The translations under genes were made by a program, and so were the position numbers. A DNA stretch of 20,000 bases from an uncultured virus (IMG/VR IMGVR_UViG_3300035183_001077) (lineage: Duplodnaviria > Heunggongvirae > Uroviricota > Caudoviricetes): IMG/VR virus record IMGVR_UViG_3300035183_001077; one strand, given 5' to 3'. Below the pieces are notes generated by a model that worked only from the letters and a program-made list of their open reading frames with translations, was not told the origin of the DNA and made no database searches. Positions 15,333 through 20,000 of the stretch are shown piece by piece. Each line of letters starts with the position of its first letter. Position 1 is the stretch's first letter.

Positions 15333-18284
15333 TTAGCCGCATCCAGAAGTTTCACCGCATCGTGAACATACAAAACAAGTACCTGCGGCGAGCATTTGAG
15401 CTCCACAAGATTCACAAATTCTTCCACTTAAGGCCATATCTTCCTTCTTTTCTTCTGTATTATACTTTTCATCACCAAGAAAATCTTTTGCCAGCCTTCT
15501 GGCAATGTAATCTATAATTGAAAATGCCTGAGGAATGTCCTTATCTCCTGTAAATCCATGCGGTTCAAACCGCATATATGACAGTTTCCTGCACAAAACC
15601 TCAAGAGGAACACCATACTGCAGGGCAATAGAAAAAGTAATCCCAAACGCAGCCAGCAAACCTGCCAGAGTGCTTCCTTCTTTTGAAATATTAATAAATA
15701 TTTCTCCAGGCATTCCATCTTCGGGATTTATACCAACAATTAAATATCCCGATGTCCTATTAACTTTGAATTTTCTTACAATTGCATTCCTGACCTGAGG
15801 CAATTTTCTACGTTTAATAATATATTTATCTTCCCCAGAATAGTCTGGATCGCTATTGTCAACATTGTTCATTTTGTTTTCGTCCTCTTTATCAGTTTTT
15901 ACTTTTTGCAACGGCTGATACGCTTTTGAGTTGTCTCTGTAAATAGCAACGCATTTAACTCCTTTAGTATAGCTTAGTTCTATGGCTTTTTTAATATCTT
16001 CTACACTGGCATGTTCTGGTAAATTAATAGTCTTGGAAATACCCATGTTAATAAATTCCTGAGCGGCAGATAAAACATTGATATGGTCTTCATATGTTAA
16101 TGCATGTTTACATATACCATTAGGCCATGCTGTAGCAAAAATAAGCTTATGTTCATCATTAACGAGATTACCAACATCTTCGCCGTCAAGTAATTTATCT
16201 TTAATTTTATCAACATGAGAGGGGCTGTAAAGTTCATTCAAAACTGTCAGAACAGAATTAGCAACGATACGCATTTTACCACCGCCAACAAGGTATTTAT
16301 CGTAGACAATAGACAATATTGGTTCTACTCCAGTTGTTTCGCAGCCCATAAACAATCCAATAGTACCTGTAGGAGCAATGCATGTAAGCTGGGCATTTCG
16401 TAATGTCAGGCTTTTATCCTTAGCCATTGTCATCAAATTATTAAATTTCTTCCCGGCTTCTATAAGATATTCAGTCATAAAATTGTTTTCTTCATCAGTT
16501 AAACCATTATCAGTTCTAAAATCAAGCCATTTCTTTACCCGTGAACTGTAAATATTTAATAAATCTTCACACGACGAATAATCCTGACAATGAAACTTAC
16601 CAAAACATTTACCCAGTAAATTAGACATAGTCATAGCTTCAGCAGTAAGATAACTGCAATAAGCCGCTGTCATAAACAAAGACTTGGGACTACCGTATTT
16701 ACAACAACTTTCCAAAATTACTTTTCCTAAATTACAAATCCCTAAGCCCAACGTTCGGTATAACAAAGTTTTATAACAAATATCATCTGACGGAAAGCCT
16801 CCCATATCAAGCAAACAATCCATACTGATAATGGCAGTGTCTATTACAGTCTTATAGTCAACAATATTTTCAATATGTTCCAGGTTTATAGAGGCTAGGT
16901 TACAACTTGTGTTATCAAACCAAAGATATTCTGAGCAGGGATTACTTGAATTTATAGTTTCTACCTTTGTTGTTCGATATTTATTAATCATATCAGAAAA
17001 CTGAATACCCGGATCTCCACAACGCCATATACCTTCAGCAATAAGATTAATTAACTTAGCTTCCCTTTCTTTGCCAGCAAGATAGTTTCCCATGAAAGCA
17101 TCAGAAATACGGACAGAAACATTAGCGTTCTGGAGCCATACTGAAGTAGCGTCATAACCGGCATTGGCAAGTGTATGAGCTTTATCTTCTTCATGTTTTT
17201 TCATTGTTATAAATTCTTCAATATCAGGATGATCTGCCGATAAAGTAAACATGATTGCCGATCTTCTTGTCCTTCCTCCTGATTTCATTACTCCACCAGT
17301 AGCATCAACAACTTTCATAAATGAAACAGGACCACTAGCCGTACCGCCATTAGATAACTTTGCTCCTGCATGACGCAACTTAGACCAATCCATACCAGCT
17401 CCTGAACCAAACCTGAATATCTTTGCAGAAGTAGTAACTGCATTGAAAATCGCTTCAATTGTATCTTCAATACCAATGATGTAGCACGCACTTATCTGAG
17501 GATAATGGAGAGGATCCTGCAAGGAAACCCTATCCAATTCCATGTATTCAGGTGCGATAGATCCACCCTCATAACCAAAAACCTTTTTTTCTCCTGAAGA
17601 GATAATTCGTTCTATATCCCAATCGAAAGTACTTACAAGCGTTTCAACTGACTTGTTTGACCAAATTATTATTTTATTTAATAGATATCCATCCCCGGAG
17701 GTAACAGTTTTGAAATCCAGCTTGTCCTGATCAGAGCGAAACAACATTTCTTTGACATAATAAAAACCATGCCCGACGTTAAACCATACTGGACTGTTAA
17801 AGGCAAAATAACGTTGTATAAGCAACAAAAATAGCTGTTTGAAAAACTTTGCAACTGTATTCTTTAATTTTTTCACACCTTCTTTATCATCAACGAAATC
17901 GTCCCTCATACGCAAATACAACATACGACTAACATGCCATGCTACGCAAGAAATCAAATCATAGACGCTATTTTCATCAAAAGTAAACTTTCTTTCTTCA
18001 AAATTCCACAAGTGCCTGGCAAAAGTGGTTTCAGTTATGTTTATTTTTTTAAAATACTTATCCCCTGCTATATAGCATGCTCTATCATCCCAAAACTGCG
18101 GAGCTATGACAATTTTTTCGCCTTTATTAGGAATATTTATAGATAAAACTTTATGATCATAAATTAGCTTCTCAGGATACTTATATAATAACGGTTGATC
18201 GAGAATGTAGTCCATCAGTGAATGCAGTAATGCTTTTCCACTTTCCAAAACCTTTTCGTTCTTTTTTTCGAGTACTGCTGACAT
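15333..18284 (-). CDS. nrdJ: Class II (adenosylcobalamin-dependent) ribonucleotide reductase with TSCPD domain and C-terminal zinc ribbon
   Basis: NSPVWFNVG, PQISAC, GSGAG, SGPVSFM, KSGGRTRR, NPCSEY, CNLASINL, IAPTGTIG, ISKTIN, AIYRDNSK. C-terminal GEIFINISKEGST...ALQYGVPL...FEP (TSCPD) and CESC...CSRC. Start moved from the GTG at 18344 to the ATG at 18284, which has an AAAGGAG SD. Confidence 0.96.
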   Translation of the reverse strand: MSAVLEKKNEKVLESGKALLHSLMDYILDQPLLYKYPEKLIYDHKVLSINIPNKGEKIVIAPQFWDDRACYIAGDKYFKKINITETTFARHLWNFEERKFTFDENSVYDLISCVAWHVSRMLYLRMRDDFVDDKEGVKKLKNTVAKFFKQLFLLLIQRYFAFNSPVWFNVGHGFYYVKEMLFRSDQDKLDFKTVTSGDGYLLNKIIIWSNKSVETLVSTFDWDIERIISSGEKKVFGYEGGSIAPEYMELDRVSLQDPLHYPQISACYIIGIEDTIEAIFNAVTTSAKIFRFGSGAGMDWSKLRHAGAKLSNGGTASGPVSFMKVVDATGGVMKSGGRTRRSAIMFTLSADHPDIEEFITMKKHEEDKAHTLANAGYDATSVWLQNANVSVRISDAFMGNYLAGKEREAKLINLIAEGIWRCGDPGIQFSDMINKYRTTKVETINSSNPCSEYLWFDNTSCNLASINLEHIENIVDYKTVIDTAIISMDCLLDMGGFPSDDICYKTLLYRTLGLGICNLGKVILESCCKYGSPKSLFMTAAYCSYLTAEAMTMSNLLGKCFGKFHCQDYSSCEDLLNIYSSRVKKWLDFRTDNGLTDEENNFMTEYLIEAGKKFNNLMTMAKDKSLTLRNAQLTCIAPTGTIGLFMGCETTGVEPILSIVYDKYLVGGGKMRIVANSVLTVLNELYSPSHVDKIKDKLLDGEDVGNLVNDEHKLIFATAWPNGICKHALTYEDHINVLSAAQEFINMGISKTINLPEHASVEDIKKAIELSYTKGVKCVAIYRDNSKAYQPLQKVKTDKEDENKMNNVDNSDPDYSGEDKYIIKRRKLPQVRNAIVRKFKVNRTSGYLIVGINPEDGMPGEIFINISKEGSTLAGLLAAFGITFSIALQYGVPLEVLCRKLSYMRFEPHGFTGDKDIPQAFSIIDYIARRLAKDFLGDEKYNTEEKKEDMALSGRICESCGAQMLAAGTCFVCSRCGETSGCG

Positions 18285-18335
18285 AATTGCTCCTTTATCC
18301 GACAGGTTTGCCAAATAGGGTAGGCTGGTAAAACC

Positions 18336-18363
18336 ATTATACACTAGCGGCGCTGATTTTCAT
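18336..18363 (-). promoter_or_regulatory. Possible sigma-70-type promoter upstream of nrdJ
   Basis: Consensus TATAAT at 18341-18336; ATGAAA (4/6 match to TTGACA) with a 16-nt spacer; about 50 nt before the SD-supported nrdJ start. Confidence 0.4.
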
Positions 18364-20000
18364 CCTGATAAGACGAAGAGTTGAAAAACTTAACAGCAAA
18401 ATCAGGCCATGCCGTTAACTCCCATAATGCCACTACGGCAAAATTAACAGCATGAACAAAATCATCAGATAGTGCTGGGTTTCTCTGAATTAAGTACTGG
18501 TCTTCACCCATTGGGTGTTCAACTTTTTCTTCAAAAATAGATAGAAAGTGAAGTAATAGATTATTTCCTTCGGGATTATCATCAGTGTATTCAAAGAACT
18601 TTATCAATCCTAATTTGATAGCGGCACATAAAATCTGAATACTTCTTGATTTATGCAAGCGGCATACCTGCCGCATTGTCGTAGCCAGACTCTGTTTATT
18701 GCTGGCTTTGATTAATAATTTTCCACCAACAGAACCATAATATTGTACCGGTAAAATATTAACATTCCCGTGTTGCATTAATAATATTTCTCTCAAACTA
18801 CCAGACGGATTAGCATCATGGGCAAGAATATTTATTCTGCACTTATTAAAGTAATACAAAATGGACTTTACCTCTTCGAGAGGGTCGTTCTGCCCAAATC
18901 TGATACCACGTAGAATATGGCATTGACCATACTTGTAGGCAGCTATAGCCAAAGTAGTCCTTGACAAACCACTTTCACCGCCACCACCCCAATCTATACC
19001 CATTGTAATTACAGAGTAATCTTTAATTTTTCCAAACAAATTTTCATCTGTATTTGGGCCGAGCGTTGCATTTCTAACTAAATCTTCTCTAGAAACCAGC
19101 TTCACACCTTCATCTTCAGATTCTCCTAAAATTTCATTTTTAAAAGATGCAAACCCGCCAACAAGGTTTTCTTGTTTATGTAATAACTCTGCCCAGGCTC
19201 TGGGGCTGGAATAGTGAACTGGTATCAATGGTTGGGGGATATGGTATCCAACGAAATCAAATCTTTTTTGTGGGTTGCCATGAACCCAGAATCCTTTTCT
19301 TGGACTTATTGGTACGCCACACTTCGCACAAATAAGACCTGGCCTTTCTTCAGAAATATCTGGTCGGACTGGGCCGAGCATTTTTAATAAATCGCATTTT
19401 GATGAAGCTATGTTTTCATATTTGCAATTATCGCAGGGAATGCACCACTCGGCTTTACTCGACCGTTGCCATAGCCATTCGATAGGGTTATCAAGAGTTT
19501 TCGCTGTGCCTGTGTATATTCTTAGACGCCAGAAAGAATGGGAAAGGCATTCATTCACCACATCAGTAAACTGTAAATCAATATCCTGAACTTCATCGTA
19601 ATTAATAGCATCCGCCGGCGCACCACGTATTCTCGTGGGATCTGTATGCATTGAGCACAATCTTATATTTGAGTTATTAGTAAAACTCTTTTCCATTATG
19701 GTTCTACGGCAATCGTTATTAATAAATTCATTTTTGAATGGACTGGAATCTATCAAAGGTCTGATATAATCAACACTCATACGCTCTACATGGACATGTA
19801 ATGGAGCGACAACAAGCCGTCTAAAACCTGGTATTAGCCAACACAATAATACTTGATGAGCAGAAATAGACAACGTTTTTCCAACCTGACGACCACACAT
19901 AAATAACATTTGCGACGGGACTTCCATTTTGAACAGTGGTTCAAACAGGAAATGATCAATCAGAGTAAACGGTTTACCATTCCACCTAAAAAAATAAGGT
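18344..20000 (-). CDS. terL: Terminase large subunit (gpA-like with zinc-binding insert), 5'-partial
   Basis: Walker A GRQVGKT, Walker B INYDEVQD, coupling motif TGT, CDNC...CAKC, nuclease MGIDWG and DDFVHA. The frame stays open past 19927 to the window edge (PYFFRWNGKPFTLIDHFLFEPLFK-M). Confidence 0.92.
   Translation of the reverse strand, partial: PYFFRWNGKPFTLIDHFLFEPLFKMEVPSQMLFMCGRQVGKTLSISAHQVLLCWLIPGFRRLVVAPLHVHVERMSVDYIRPLIDSSPFKNEFINNDCRRTIMEKSFTNNSNIRLCSMHTDPTRIRGAPADAINYDEVQDIDLQFTDVVNECLSHSFWRLRIYTGTAKTLDNPIEWLWQRSSKAEWCIPCDNCKYENIASSKCDLLKMLGPVRPDISEERPGLICAKCGVPISPRKGFWVHGNPQKRFDFVGYHIPQPLIPVHYSSPRAWAELLHKQENLVGGFASFKNEILGESEDEGVKLVSREDLVRNATLGPNTDENLFGKIKDYSVITMGIDWGGGGESGLSRTTLAIAAYKYGQCHILRGIRFGQNDPLEEVKSILYYFNKCRINILAHDANPSGSLREILLMQHGNVNILPVQYYGSVGGKLLIKASNKQSLATTMRQVCRLHKSRSIQILCAAIKLGLIKFFEYTDDNPEGNNLLLHFLSIFEEKVEHPMGEDQYLIQRNPALSDDFVHAVNFAVVALWELTAWPDFAVKFFNSSSYQDENQRR

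Larger units (their letters stand above)
1..20000. mobile_element. Segment of a large tailed bacteriophage (Caudoviricetes) genome
   Basis: Terminase large subunit, spike/hub/tube-like genes, sigma factor, DnaB-like helicase, NrdJ and Dcd in one dense co-oriented run, with no host housekeeping context. No integrase or att site in the window, so free phage versus prophage cannot be decided. Confidence 0.92.

Noticed and set aside
1398..15335. Many neighbouring genes are in the same frame separated by one stop (for example TAG-AAA-ATG at 14009-14001), hinting at stop-codon reassignment or readthrough
   Set aside because: About 9 of 21 junctions are in frame versus about 7 expected by chance. 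All three stop codons are involved, conserved enzymes are intact under code 11, and several downstream genes have their own SD.
18285..18335. Possible cobalamin riboswitch or NrdR box upstream of nrdJ (imperfect GGTTT...AAACC stem-loop)
   Set aside because: The leader is only about 50 nt, too short for a B12 riboswitch, and I see no B12 box or NrdR-box consensus.
750..19335. Other short ORFs (750-962, 9086-9271, 10966-11187, 11915-12121, 11920-12105, 13598-13792, 14325-14588, 15079-15336, 15329-15517, 15512-15718, 15535-15798, 16215-16403, 17934-18146, 19147-19335)
   Set aside because: Nested in or antisense to longer supported genes, with no recognisable motifs.
3736..20000. Inteins or introns in helicase, NrdJ or terminase (common insertion targets)
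   Set aside because: Catalytic motifs are continuous, with no intein termini, LAGLIDADG/HNH motifs or frame breaks.
1..20000. CRISPR array, tRNA or other RNA genes
   Set aside because: No intergenic gap exceeds about 60 bp and no spaced direct repeats or cloverleaf signatures were seen.

Overview
An AT-rich, almost fully coding stretch of a large tailed dsDNA phage (jumbo-phage-like, shuffled gene order). Everything except the partial first gene is on the minus strand. In transcription order (right to left): terminase large subunit (partial), class II B12-dependent ribonucleotide reductase NrdJ, a metallophosphoesterase, three probably paralogous tail-tube-like genes, a gp5/gpV/VgrG-like spike, a tail-assembly-chaperone pair joined by a well-formed -1 frameshift signal, a 102-aa Gly/Ser/Pro/Asn-rich ORF in the usual tape-measure position, two more tube/baseplate-like genes, a baseplate-hub-like gene, a sigma-70-family sigma factor, a membrane protein, a DnaB-like helicase, dCTP deaminase, and an envelope cassette (secreted papain/C39-like cysteine peptidase, signal-peptide protein with Pro-rich stalk and C-terminal anchor, small N-anchored protein). 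The top leads are the frameshift, the tail module with several tube paralogues but no real tape measure, and the peptidase/anchored-protein cassette. Enzyme calls rest on recognisable motifs. Structural calls rest on weak motifs and gene order and need HMM or structure confirmation. No tRNA, rRNA, CRISPR array, integrase or intein was seen.
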